Shown piece by piece: positions 10,394-18,979 of a stretch of 64,000 nucleotides of DNA (position 1 is its first letter; every line of letters begins with the position of its first letter). The stretch is from a virus. Position numbers and translations under genes: made by a program. Under the pieces are notes generated by a model, which saw nothing but the letters and a program-made list of their open reading frames with translations, was not told the origin of the DNA and did no database searches. The stretch covers positions 34,930-98,929 of the IMG/VR virus record IMGVR_UViG_3300042889_002115, one strand, 5' to 3'.

Positions 10394-10630
10394 ATGAATA
10401 CTGTTTCAGTCCCTTATCAACATCGCAACAAAGAAAGTTTTCAGCATACCCGAAAAATTACCAAACCTTTTGGGGCACTGGATCACGTGATAGACTGGTG
10501 CAGAACTGAATGCACTGGAGATTGGCGCTGGGAGTTGGTTGACGTCAGTTCAGACACAAGTCCGGGACAATACATTTTTTATTTTGATTCAGATCGTGAT
10601 TGTGCAGCATTTTCCCTGCAATGGTGCTAG
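10394..10630 (+). CDS. Small protein, LKW paralog family
   Basis: DWCRTECTGDW...FYFDSDRDCAAFSLQWC. Confidence 0.7.
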   Translation: MNTVSVPYQHRNKESFQHTRKITKPFGALDHVIDWCRTECTGDWRWELVDVSSDTSPGQYIFYFDSDRDCAAFSLQWC

Positions 10631-10644
10631 TACTTTTGCTGTAC

Positions 10645-10673
10645 TTGACTCAAAACCCTGATTCAGCTATAAT
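10645..10673 (+). promoter_or_regulatory. sigma70-type early promoter
   Basis: TTGACT-17-TATAAT. Confidence 0.8.
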
Positions 10674-10698
10674 ACAAGCTCATCCACTAGGAAACGCC

Positions 10699-10923
10699 AT
10701 GACTATTCACATTGACAATCTAACCCAGGCGCAAGTTGACATGCTGGATCACATGTGGTCCTTGGAAACAGAACAAGACTACTTTGACTGGTACGAAACA
10801 CTGGACGCTAGAGAACAGCACAGTGCCGATGTACTGCAACGCTTGATCATTCTTGAGTGCATGGAAGAAAATCTAGGCAACCATGCCGAAGCCCGTGCAG
10901 TGCTACAACAATTTCGATTATGA
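10699..10923 (+). CDS. Hypothetical protein
   Basis: AGGA SD; follows promoter. Confidence 0.7.
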   Translation: MTIHIDNLTQAQVDMLDHMWSLETEQDYFDWYETLDAREQHSADVLQRLIILECMEENLGNHAEARAVLQQFRL

Positions 10924-11135
10924 GCCAAGACGGCCGAACAATTGATCATGTCATGCGTGACATCAAGAACTTGACAGAATACCAGGTTCAGATCACCATT
11001 CCGGAGGGATTTAAGTTCTCTGGCACAGTGCCATTTGACATGAACATTGTGGCCGGCGAAGCCTTTGTGACCCTGGTAGCACCCAGCTGGCCTGAGGCAG
11101 TGTCTAGAGTAAAAAACTTTTTTAATCAAACTTAA
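10920..11135 (+). CDS. Hypothetical protein
   Basis: ATGA overlap. Confidence 0.6.
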   Translation: MSQDGRTIDHVMRDIKNLTEYQVQITIPEGFKFSGTVPFDMNIVAGEAFVTLVAPSWPEAVSRVKNFFNQT

Positions 11136-11136
11136 T

Positions 11137-11382
11137 ATGAATATTGATCAAGCATCTGCATTTTTAGTAGGCTCAATCTTGATTGGCCTGGCCATATGTG
11201 TGTTGTCAGTGGTAATACTGGTGGTGAATAATTTGTTCAGCCGCTTCTGGCAGACTGTACATTGGTCCAAGTATGAATGGTTGCAGCCCGGCAGATTTGT
11301 CAACTCAGAAGATCCAGCGCCGCCAAAAGTAGCGCCCGAGTTTGACAGCAAGGCTACAAAAAAGAAACCACCAGTTGTATGA
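11137..11382 (+). CDS. Small membrane protein
   Basis: One long hydrophobic N-terminal helix. Confidence 0.65.
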   Translation: MNIDQASAFLVGSILIGLAICVLSVVILVVNNLFSRFWQTVHWSKYEWLQPGRFVNSEDPAPPKVAPEFDSKATKKKPPVV

Positions 11383-11729
11383 TCAACCAAGAAGATGAAG
11401 ATCCACGCAATAGCGTGTTTGCCATCATGTGGGACTGCAATGGCCTTGAAGCTGTGGCTCGTGTGCCCAACCCAGCTGACATCACCTTTGCATTGCTCAA
11501 GGGTGCAGAGCCTCCAAGACCGCCCAACATCAACCATTGGCAATTGCGAGCACGATACAACAGCCAGCGCCACTACGAAATCTACATCATTACTGCTGAC
11601 TCAGGCATTGTTGAAGATGACATTCGCAACATGTTTGAAGCTGATCCGCAAACAGCAGCCGACACCGTTCGACGCATTGGTGAAAAGTTTTACGGTGATC
11701 GCCGGTGCACTCCGGTGGCAATCACTTAG
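11379..11729 (+). CDS. Hypothetical protein
   Basis: ATGA overlap; 116 aa. Confidence 0.65.
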   Translation: MINQEDEDPRNSVFAIMWDCNGLEAVARVPNPADITFALLKGAEPPRPPNINHWQLRARYNSQRHYEIYIITADSGIVEDDIRNMFEADPQTAADTVRRIGEKFYGDRRCTPVAIT

Positions 11730-11732
11730 TGG

Positions 11733-11761
11733 TTGACCATTGATCATAATTTTGTTATAAT
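11733..11761 (+). promoter_or_regulatory. sigma70-type promoter of the ParB-like operon
   Basis: TTGACC-17-TATAAT with TGn extension. Confidence 0.85.
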
Positions 11762-11837
11762 ATACACAAGCTAGCCTGGTATGGTACCAGGCGGCCTGTT
11801 ACCCGATGCATTGTGCATCATTACTAAAGGAAACAAA

Positions 11838-12890
11838 ATGGCAACCAAACGCCTAACACGCAAACTCACTGACGTGATTGCAGAAGTTGAAACACAACTT
11901 CGAGCACACTACAATGTAACTCAAAACAACCTTGATGCCTGGCGAACCCGTGCAAAGGCTCTATCACACAAATTTCCTGTCAGTAGCATGATCCAAATTG
12001 AAGATCTTTGGATTGACTATGAAGTTCAGCGTGATGTGTTGCACAAGCACATCATTAATATCATGCGAAAGTGGGATCCACGCATTTGCTCCCCTGGATC
12101 TGCATGCCGCTTTGGCGGAACACCTCCAATCTATTTGTACGACGCCCAGCACCGTACCATTGCGGCAGGCTTGCTAGGCTACACAGAAATTCCTTGTGCA
12201 GTGGTAGAAACTGACGAACCCAACTTTGCATCCTACGCATTTGAAATGCTCAACGACACAGGCGTCAAACGACTCACTCCCGGCGATTTGCATCGCAATG
12301 CCTTGGTGCGTTACAAGAATGGCAGTCGCGACAGCAAGGTAGTTCACGCCAGAACTATGCAAGATCAATTTGACGCCACGGGCATTGACCTGCAAGACAA
12401 AGGTAGTCGCAACAGCGATAACCTACGTGGTGACAACGACTACTTCTTCAGTCACTTTAAGTATGCACAAAAAGGCATCGAAGTGGATGACAAGGGCAAG
12501 GTACTGTTTGAAGTCTTAAATTCTATCAAGACAGCGTTTCCATTACAAGAGGAAATTGACCAGGGCATTTACATTGGACTGTTGGAATTACACAAGTTAT
12601 CTCGTGCAGAGACAACCGAATTACCCAAAAGGTGGATAATTGAATTGTTAAATGTGGTCAAGAAAACTTTTAAGAGTTCTAATTTGATCCATTCCAAAGC
12701 CAAAGTGCAATGGGAACATGTGAATCCCGGCGGCACTTGGACTGCTCCTACTGCTATGAGCAACTTCATGCGTGAGCTGTATATTCGCAACGGCGGCACC
12801 CAGTTGAACTTGCCCTACCACGGAGAAGGCGCTAAAATGGGTATTACTGATGGCAATGTTGCCCCAGGTTTGTTTCCCGAGGAGAACTAA
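11838..12890 (+). CDS. ParB/Srx-like (DGQHR-type) domain protein
   Basis: LWIDYEVQR...YLYDAQHRTIAA...IPCAVV; AAGGA SD before ATG 11838. Confidence 0.7.
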   Translation: MATKRLTRKLTDVIAEVETQLRAHYNVTQNNLDAWRTRAKALSHKFPVSSMIQIEDLWIDYEVQRDVLHKHIINIMRKWDPRICSPGSACRFGGTPPIYLYDAQHRTIAAGLLGYTEIPCAVVETDEPNFASYAFEMLNDTGVKRLTPGDLHRNALVRYKNGSRDSKVVHARTMQDQFDATGIDLQDKGSRNSDNLRGDNDYFFSHFKYAQKGIEVDDKGKVLFEVLNSIKTAFPLQEEIDQGIYIGLLELHKLSRAETTELPKRWIIELLNVVKKTFKSSNLIHSKAKVQWEHVNPGGTWTAPTAMSNFMRELYIRNGGTQLNLPYHGEGAKMGITDGNVAPGLFPEEN

Positions 12891-12891
12891 A

Positions 12892-13413
12892 ATGAAAAAT
12901 GCATTTCACAACTACCCTGCAATCTACTTACCACTGGCCTCAATGAATGATCCTTGGGAAATCTGTGAATTCTTAGATGCTAAAAATATCAGACAGTACA
13001 CCTATTTCTTTGCTACCAGTTTAGGAATACTAAAATATGGACAGAGCGCCAATGATAACAGTGCATTTTGTGGCAACCGTCTATACAGACAAGCAGGCAA
13101 CATACTTGGTTGGCCCAAAGGCCTGATAGGTAACAGTGGCGATGACATGACGGTTATTAGTCAGGACTATACAGAAATGTACAGGAAAAATTTACACAGG
13201 AAGGATGTGATAATTGGTGTGGTTGACATGTCTGGGCACACCGCCGAAGACTGTGAAGAATTAGAACGAAATTTTATTGACCTACATATTCACCAGCGCG
13301 GTCATGCCCCAATTGGAAACAAGGATTATACAACTTTGTTAACTGAACGAAAATATCACAATCAACATCAACTAGAAAAGTTTGGCATTTATATCCTGGG
13401 TGACCATGCTTAA
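12892..13413 (+). CDS. Putative GIY-YIG-like nuclease
   Basis: YTYFF...LKYGQS...RLYRQ...LE..FI..H.....PIGN. Confidence 0.55.
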   Translation: MKNAFHNYPAIYLPLASMNDPWEICEFLDAKNIRQYTYFFATSLGILKYGQSANDNSAFCGNRLYRQAGNILGWPKGLIGNSGDDMTVISQDYTEMYRKNLHRKDVIIGVVDMSGHTAEDCEELERNFIDLHIHQRGHAPIGNKDYTTLLTERKYHNQHQLEKFGIYILGDHA

Positions 13414-13963
13414 AGAATCTCTAGAACAATTCACAGCACCGGTGTACGGCAAGACCCGTCGTACACCGGACACATACCGCACTGTGGCCGACCACTGTAC
13501 CGGGCACTTGGAACGTCTGGTTGCAGAGTACCGCGGTGTAAAAAACAATCAACAGTTGTTGCGTGAGATACGCAATGACATTGACTACTATCTGCGTCGA
13601 TATCACGAGTACTGCATCAAGCAACGCGATGGAATGCAAGCACACTACCACGAAATTGGCGCTGATGACGAGTGTGATTTTGAGCATTTGATTCCGGCCG
13701 CTCGCATTCGCGACCTGTTGTTGGTCAATGCCATCGCAGTAGAACAGGCTCTCAATGCACCCACTGTGCGACTGAGTCGTATCAAACATGCTCAACTCAA
13801 AGAAGCGGGCTGGGCCAGTACCACTCCTGACATGTGGCGGCCGTTCAGGCGCTACAGTCAGGTGTTTGAGGCCAAGTTTGAAACACACGACGGCACCCAG
13901 ATTAACACTGAGACTTGGACACTTGAACAACATTTCAACTACTTTCAACATCTTGTGCTATGA
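13406..13963 (+). CDS. Putative degenerate HNH (His-Me) protein
   Basis: DFEHLIP...PTVRLSRIKHAQL..AGW...P....PFRRY. Confidence 0.5.
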   Translation: MLKESLEQFTAPVYGKTRRTPDTYRTVADHCTGHLERLVAEYRGVKNNQQLLREIRNDIDYYLRRYHEYCIKQRDGMQAHYHEIGADDECDFEHLIPAARIRDLLLVNAIAVEQALNAPTVRLSRIKHAQLKEAGWASTTPDMWRPFRRYSQVFEAKFETHDGTQINTETWTLEQHFNYFQHLVL

Positions 13964-14190
13964 ACCTGGATCTTAACTCAGTATTGAAATGGTTGGGCAC
14001 TGTGACCTTGATTGTGGGCACTGGCATCAACAGCCTGGGCTATTATCCAGCAGGACCACTGATTCTGCTGTTGGGCGGCGCCTTTTGGTTGGCCGTGAGT
14101 ATTCGTTGGCGCGAACCTGCACTGATTGTGACCAATGCTGTGATGTTTGTGACAGCAGCCGCGGGCCTGACCTGGGCATGGCTAAAGTGA
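13960..14190 (+). CDS. Small 3-TM membrane protein
   Basis: Hydrophobic 76 aa; ATGA overlap. Confidence 0.7.
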   Translation: MNLDLNSVLKWLGTVTLIVGTGINSLGYYPAGPLILLLGGAFWLAVSIRWREPALIVTNAVMFVTAAAGLTWAWLK

Positions 14191-14194
14191 CTGC

Positions 14195-14548
14195 ATGATG
14201 TCACTGCCATTTCCCATTACTCAGGTCCGCAACGGTTGGATGATTAGCTGGCCCGGCTTTCGTGACATCAGCCAGATAGAAATCAAACAGAAACTGGCAG
14301 ATTTAATTTTTGACTCCATTGGAGTGGAAGAGGCCCGTTTTGGTGTTCGAGTGCAGAGTGGCAAAACTGAATTCTTGCACATACAATTCGATGACTGGGC
14401 CGCAGATCGATCCGGCATTGCAGACAAAATACTGGACCGAATTGAAATAACCGGGGTGTTGTTCGACACTAAACAGTCGGCTGAATGGTTGCAGGACTAC
14501 TTTGAAAAAAAGCTGATGTGGAAACGGTTAAAACAGGTTGCTCAATAA
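14195..14548 (+). CDS. Hypothetical protein
   Basis: 117 aa ORF. Confidence 0.6.
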   Translation: MMSLPFPITQVRNGWMISWPGFRDISQIEIKQKLADLIFDSIGVEEARFGVRVQSGKTEFLHIQFDDWAADRSGIADKILDRIEITGVLFDTKQSAEWLQDYFEKKLMWKRLKQVAQ

Positions 14549-14566
14549 TCACTTTAGTGCTATAAT
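14538..14566 (+). promoter_or_regulatory. sigma70-type promoter
   Basis: TTGCTC-17-TATAAT with TGn extension. Confidence 0.7.
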
Positions 14567-14589
14567 AATAGCACACAAGGAGACAATCC

Positions 14590-15117
14590 ATGCTTACTTT
14601 GCCCGAATTTCTTGAATTGATTGATCATCGCATCACTGGCGGCAGTGAATACGGTTGGCAGTGCTACGGCGGCCATGCACAGACCATTGACTCAGACGCA
14701 GTAGACTACAACTTCTCAGTGATTTTTGATCGGCAAGATCAAACAGTGTACGAAGTCACTGTGTGTGATTATCCCAACAACCGTGCCTATCGCATTATCA
14801 ACCCTGATTACAAAACCAAACATGATGCCGAAGCGTCCATGCGTGGGGTTCAATCCCGCCAGGCCTGGGACGATGTTAACTATGTGGATCTAGATGTGGA
14901 TGACGATTTTATACAAAAAGGTCTGGCCATCCGTGCAGGCAACTCATACGACACACGAGTTCAAGTTGAGTTGGACCTAGACGATGACCTGTTGCTCCAG
15001 CTCATGACTCAAGCTCACAAGCAAGACATTACCCTGAATAAAATGGTCGAGCAGATCCTGACGGAAATGATTGATCGTACTCAAAAATCACAAACTGAAT
15101 CTCAAAGGCAGCTGTAA
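14590..15117 (+). CDS. Hypothetical protein with C-terminal ribbon-helix-helix-like segment
   Basis: VQVELDLDDDLLLQLMTQAHKQDITLNKMVEQIL; AGGAG SD. Confidence 0.65.
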   Translation: MLTLPEFLELIDHRITGGSEYGWQCYGGHAQTIDSDAVDYNFSVIFDRQDQTVYEVTVCDYPNNRAYRIINPDYKTKHDAEASMRGVQSRQAWDDVNYVDLDVDDDFIQKGLAIRAGNSYDTRVQVELDLDDDLLLQLMTQAHKQDITLNKMVEQILTEMIDRTQKSQTESQRQL

Positions 15118-15120
15118 ATC

Positions 15121-15175
15121 GGTTGACCTTTATTCACCAAAATGCTATAATTAACACTTAAACAGCAACAAGGAG
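15121..15175 (+). promoter_or_regulatory. Early promoter-leader cassette, copy 1
   Basis: TTGACC(15123)-17-TATAAT...TAAACAGCAACAAGGAG. Confidence 0.88.
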
Positions 15176-15181
15176 CCTTGA

Positions 15182-15508
15182 ATGTTTGCACTAGACAATA
15201 TTGAATCCGTCCATAACACTGCCGTAGCCGCCGCGCAACAGGCCGAAACAGAATTCCGCGCCCGGCATGGTGAGCCTGGCTACTGTGGTTTTGCCTGGGT
15301 GCAGGTAACTGAAAAAGCCAGTACCAAACTGGGTCGTGCGCTGAAAACTGTGGGCTTTACCAAGGCCTACGGTGGCGGTCTCCAGCTGTGGAATCCGGGT
15401 GGTAGCTTCACGCAGAGCATGGACATCAAAGAAACAGGTGCCCGAGCCTATGCTGAGGTACTCAAGTCGCATGGCATCACTGCATACATGAGCTCAAGAG
15501 CCGATTGA
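15182..15508 (+). CDS. Conserved phage early protein (CGFAWV motif)
   Basis: YCGFAWV...QSMDIKE.GA.AYA.VL...GI.AY..SR.D. Confidence 0.75.
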   Translation: MFALDNIESVHNTAVAAAQQAETEFRARHGEPGYCGFAWVQVTEKASTKLGRALKTVGFTKAYGGGLQLWNPGGSFTQSMDIKETGARAYAEVLKSHGITAYMSSRAD

Positions 15509-15557
15509 CCCTTATTCACCATTCTGTTATAATATATACATAAACAGCAACAAGGAG
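15503..15557 (+). promoter_or_regulatory. Early promoter-leader cassette, copy 2
   Basis: TTGACC(15505)-17-TATAAT...TAAACAGCAACAAGGAG; near-duplicate of 15121-15175. Confidence 0.88.
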
Positions 15558-15563
15558 TTCTAA

Positions 15564-16037
15564 ATGGGCACACACAGTCGAATTGGGGTCATGCACGGTG
15601 ACACTGTTAAGAGTGTTTACTGTCATTGGGATGGCTACCTGGAGCACAATGGCCGGATCCTACAAGAGCATTATGGCTCAAATCAATCCCCCAAAGCAAA
15701 TCATCTTGTGGCCTTGGGCGACATTAGCTCGCTGGGCAAAGAGATTGGTGAGAAGCATCCGTTCAGTCGATTTGACACTGACATGTCAGACGAAGCGTAT
15801 GAGAAACTCTATGGCAACATGACCACTTTTTACGGTCGCGACCGTGATGAACAAGGCGTGGACTTCAAAGTGGCACACACCTTTGCCTCCTTCCTGGATC
15901 AGGTTGAGGCCTGTGGTGCAGAGTATTACTACATCATGCGTGACGGTGTGTGGTACTGTGGTAGTCCTAACAAGGGTAGCCGACTGGTGGCTCTGACAGA
16001 GGCTCTGGCTGCAATACAGGAGACTGAACATGCGTAA
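15564..16037 (+). CDS. Conserved phage early protein (YCHWDGY motif)
   Basis: MGTHSRIG...SVYCHWDGY...GDISSL...EYYY. Confidence 0.75.
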   Translation: MGTHSRIGVMHGDTVKSVYCHWDGYLEHNGRILQEHYGSNQSPKANHLVALGDISSLGKEIGEKHPFSRFDTDMSDEAYEKLYGNMTTFYGRDRDEQGVDFKVAHTFASFLDQVEACGAEYYYIMRDGVWYCGSPNKGSRLVALTEALAAIQETEHA

Positions 16038-16158
16038 TTTAATAATTGGATTCATTCTAGGCCTGGTGGTCAGTGCTGTGGGATTTTCGGGTATTGCTCG
16101 AATGTTCGACCGAGGTGTCCAAACCATCCAGGAAACCAGCAAAGAACTCGCCCAGTAA
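16030..16158 (+). CDS. Small membrane protein (42 aa, below ORF-track cutoff)
   Basis: MRNLIIGFILGLVVSAVGFSGIARMFDRG...; AGGAG SD. Confidence 0.6.
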   Translation: MRNLIIGFILGLVVSAVGFSGIARMFDRGVQTIQETSKELAQ

Positions 16159-16194
16159 AACGGGCAAACAGAGTCAAAATTATGCAGAAAGTGG

Positions 16195-16223
16195 TTGACC
16201 GTTATGCCGCAATCTGCTATAAT
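16195..16223 (+). promoter_or_regulatory. sigma70-type early promoter
   Basis: TTGACC-17-TATAAT with TGn extension. Confidence 0.85.
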
Positions 16224-16288
16224 TTAGACATGCAGAAAAACACTGCATTAATTTTAAACTTGACAGGCAACTTTTTAAAGGCAACAAA

Positions 16289-16645
16289 ATGACAGAAAAA
16301 CTCTTCACAGTGGCAGGTACTGCAACTAACCCCGATGGCACAACCAAGGCTCGTTTTGCAAACGACCTGGTGGCTCGCATCAAGATTCTAAACAAATCCA
16401 AATGCACTGACATTAACCTGATGGAACTGCCCGAGCCCATGACCAAACTGCAAGCTCTGCAATTTTTGCAAGCACAGGGGGTCACTGACGGCGAAGCTGG
16501 TTATGCAGTGAGTGCCAAATTGGCAGAGAAAAGCAAGGTCGCTAAAAAAGGCGAAGTCAAAGTGGCTGGCGTCAAGACCAAATCCGCTAAACCAGCGGTC
16601 ACTGCTGAACAGGTGCTGTCTGCAGTAAACAAAGCCTCCGTTTAA
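16289..16645 (+). CDS. Basic hypothetical protein with K/A-rich tail
   Basis: FTVAG...KARFAND...LMELPEPMTK. Confidence 0.7.
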   Translation: MTEKLFTVAGTATNPDGTTKARFANDLVARIKILNKSKCTDINLMELPEPMTKLQALQFLQAQGVTDGEAGYAVSAKLAEKSKVAKKGEVKVAGVKTKSAKPAVTAEQVLSAVNKASV

Positions 16646-16667
16646 AAACTGACCAGCTCAGACCCAC

Positions 16668-16691
16668 AAGCGGCCTCCGGGCCGCTTTTTT
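16668..16691 (+). terminator. Intrinsic terminator
   Basis: AAGCGGCC-TCCG-GGCCGCTT then T-run. Confidence 0.88.
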
Positions 16692-16751
16692 ACGATCGTG
16701 ACACTTTGGCATATATAAACTGTGCGTCAAGTTGACGCCATTTTTTTACCA

Positions 16752-17000
16752 ATGACCATACTTTCGTATCGCTCCGCCGAGCCCTTGTATATTGTCAGCA
16801 TGCGTAACAACCCTCGAGCAGAAACTATGTTTCGGACCTGGATCAAAGATCACAAGATTGAGCATGCTTCAGTGTCTGACTACCGACTCCAATTACACGA
16901 CCAACGCGGATTTGAGAAATTCTGCTTGACCTGGTCACACGATTGGCAGTGCCTGAATGTGTGGGATACCTGGAATCGACGCCACATTTATCTGGATTAA
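16752..17000 (+). CDS. Hypothetical protein (distant LKW-family-like)
   Basis: LHDQRGFEKFCLTWS. Confidence 0.55.
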   Translation: MTILSYRSAEPLYIVSMRNNPRAETMFRTWIKDHKIEHASVSDYRLQLHDQRGFEKFCLTWSHDWQCLNVWDTWNRRHIYLD

Positions 17001-17015
17001 TTTACTCGTCTTTTA

Positions 17016-17044
17016 TTGACACCAGGTGTAGTTGACGTTATAAT
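17016..17044 (+). promoter_or_regulatory. sigma70 consensus promoter
   Basis: TTGACA-17-TATAAT. Confidence 0.88.
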
Positions 17045-17094
17045 TACTTTGCTGCCAGCAAATCAGCTGGCACAGTCTTAATAAGGAAACTCAA

Positions 17095-17283
17095 ATGACT
17101 ACACAACATGAAACAATCGTCGCCGCTTATGAATCTTACATCTCTGAAAATGAGAAGTTCACAACCAAGGGTGTGAAAGCCTCTGCGGCCCGAGCCCGTA
17201 AAGCTCTGCAGGAAATGTCAAAAGGTATCAAGGAGCGCCGTAAAGAAATCACAGCTGAAAAAGAAGCACTAGCTGCAAAATGA
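17095..17283 (+). CDS. Histone H1-like (Hc1-family) basic protein
   Basis: EKF..KGVKASAARARKALQEM.K..KERRKEI. Confidence 0.75.
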   Translation: MTTQHETIVAAYESYISENEKFTTKGVKASAARARKALQEMSKGIKERRKEITAEKEALAAK

Positions 17284-17450
17284 TTGTGAAACAAGACCAA
17301 GTACACCGGCAGCATCCAGAACACTGGCCCGAAGAACTAACACCTGCACAACGAGAGCAACTGTTGCAGGCCAAGTTGACTCGGGCTGTGGAATGGATTC
17401 GTGCTCGTGCTGGTCTTGATACCTTTAGGTATCAAAAGGAATCAACATGA
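17280..17450 (+). CDS. Small hypothetical protein (56 aa, not in ORF track)
   Basis: ATGA overlaps at both ends. Confidence 0.5.
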   Translation: MIVKQDQVHRQHPEHWPEELTPAQREQLLQAKLTRAVEWIRARAGLDTFRYQKEST

Positions 17451-17884
17451 GTGATGATGAATTAACAATTACCTGGCCTGATATTTCTGACACTTCGGAC
17501 ACATACAATATCAACCTTGACTCAATGGGCACAGTCAGTAGTGGTGGAGCGTATGTCTACAGTGCCAACACGAACAACACAATCTGGACCACAAACACCA
17601 CAACTGGTTCAAATCCGCAATTCAATAACTGGAACATAGGCAACAGCAATGTTGTACCGACGGGACAGTTGAGCCTAGTGGGCGACAATGCTGACATTGT
17701 GATCAATGGTCAAAGCCTAAATGACACACTGACAATCATACAAGAACGCCTGGGCATGTTGGTACCCAATGCAGAAATGGAAGCAGAATGGGACGAACTG
17801 CGCGAGCTCGCTGAACGCTATCGTGAACTAGAAAAACTATGCAAGGAAAAAAGCACAGTATGGAACAAGCTCAAAAAGATTTAA
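17447..17884 (+). CDS. Conserved phage hypothetical protein
   Basis: T/N-rich N-terminus; ADIVING.SL...ERL..L.PN.E.E..W.EL. Confidence 0.7.
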   Translation: MSDDELTITWPDISDTSDTYNINLDSMGTVSSGGAYVYSANTNNTIWTTNTTTGSNPQFNNWNIGNSNVVPTGQLSLVGDNADIVINGQSLNDTLTIIQERLGMLVPNAEMEAEWDELRELAERYRELEKLCKEKSTVWNKLKKI

Positions 17885-17922
17885 CATCCCGGCACAAGAT
17901 GACCCCCCATTCCTGTGTGCAG

Positions 17923-17953
17923 ACTTGACAACTAAGTCAAGTTCTTGTATAAT
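17923..17953 (+). promoter_or_regulatory. sigma70 consensus promoter overlapped by an inverted repeat
   Basis: TTGACA(17925)-17-TATAAT(17948); ACTTGAC-6-GTCAAGT palindrome. Confidence 0.85.
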
Positions 17954-18049
17954 ACAATACGTGAGTTAACTGCTCACATAATGGCAAAATCGTGCCATTT
18001 GGGCCCGATGATTCGGGGTTATGCAACTCTCTGAGTAAGTAAAACTACC

Positions 18050-18628
18050 ATGAAAGCACAAGTAAACTCTATCAACCAAGCACTGACCACCTGGAGCGCA
18101 AGACTGCTAAAGTCTCTGGGTCTGCTGGCAGTGGCCGTGACATTGTTCACTGTGGTTGGTGCCAAATTTGATCATCTGCGCCTGGCCAACAGCAGAATGC
18201 CCGAGCACATGATCACTGCTGAGCAACGCATGAAAGAACTGGATTGTCTTACTAGAAATATCTACTGGGAAGCTGCCTCGGAACCTTTTGAAGGCAAAGT
18301 AGGCGTGGCCCAGGTCACACTGAATCGAGTAGAATCGGGCAAGTTCGCCCCTACCATATGCGGAGTGGTGTACCAAAAGAATGTGTTCTACGAAAAAGTA
18401 GTGTGCCAATTCAGCTGGTTCTGCGAAGCAACTCACAAGATCAGACCCATTCACAAACCTTTGTGGCTGGAAAGTGAAGAAGTGGCCAAGAAGGTACTGC
18501 TGGAAGGATTCCGCCTGCCCAGCCTGGAAAACGCATTGTTCTATCACGCAGATTACGTGAGCCCAGGCTGGAAACTGCCCCGAATTGAAAAAATTGGACG
18601 ACATATTTTTTATGGAGAACGTGTATGA
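18050..18628 (+). CDS. Cell wall hydrolase, SleB/Hydrolase_2 family, membrane-anchored
   Basis: CLTRNIYWEA..E...VAQVTLNRV...ICGVVYQ...CQFSW...FYHADYV.P.W...IGRHIFY. Confidence 0.92.
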   Translation: MKAQVNSINQALTTWSARLLKSLGLLAVAVTLFTVVGAKFDHLRLANSRMPEHMITAEQRMKELDCLTRNIYWEAASEPFEGKVGVAQVTLNRVESGKFAPTICGVVYQKNVFYEKVVCQFSWFCEATHKIRPIHKPLWLESEEVAKKVLLEGFRLPSLENALFYHADYVSPGWKLPRIEKIGRHIFYGERV

Positions 18629-18933
18629 AATGGCAAATCTTATTTTTTGGCCTGCGAGATTATATCCGCGAAAGTTCTGCCAAAATCTCAGCTGACACTC
18701 TGGGATGGCTGGCTGCAATTGTACTGCATGCAGCCACAGTGCCCACAACACTGGCCCTGATAACCGGACTCAGCGACCGCACTCCCAATTTGGATATAGT
18801 GCTGTTTCTGTGGTCGGGTCTGGTGCTGTTGTTTCTTCGAGCAGTGGTACTCAAAGACATGCTGAACATCATCACAATCGGGGTGGGATTCATGGTGCAG
18901 GCAGCATTGATGGCCCTGATTCTGTTTAAGTAA
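18625..18933 (+). CDS. Small 3-TM membrane protein
   Basis: Hydrophobic; ATGA-coupled to the SleB gene. Confidence 0.7.
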   Translation: MKWQILFFGLRDYIRESSAKISADTLGWLAAIVLHAATVPTTLALITGLSDRTPNLDIVLFLWSGLVLLFLRAVVLKDMLNIITIGVGFMVQAALMALILFK

Positions 18934-18944
18934 AAAGTACTAGA

Positions 18945-18973
18945 TTGACCATTAATCACAATCGTGCTATAAT
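18945..18973 (+). promoter_or_regulatory. sigma70 promoter, probably giving a leaderless transcript
   Basis: TTGACC-17-TATAAT, then 6 nt, then ATG 18980 with no SD. Confidence 0.8.
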
Positions 18974-18979
18974 AACAGC

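Noticed and set aside
17606-17616. GGTTCAAATCC T-loop-like motif (also near 51193)
   Set aside because: Inside CDSs, with no cloverleaf around them
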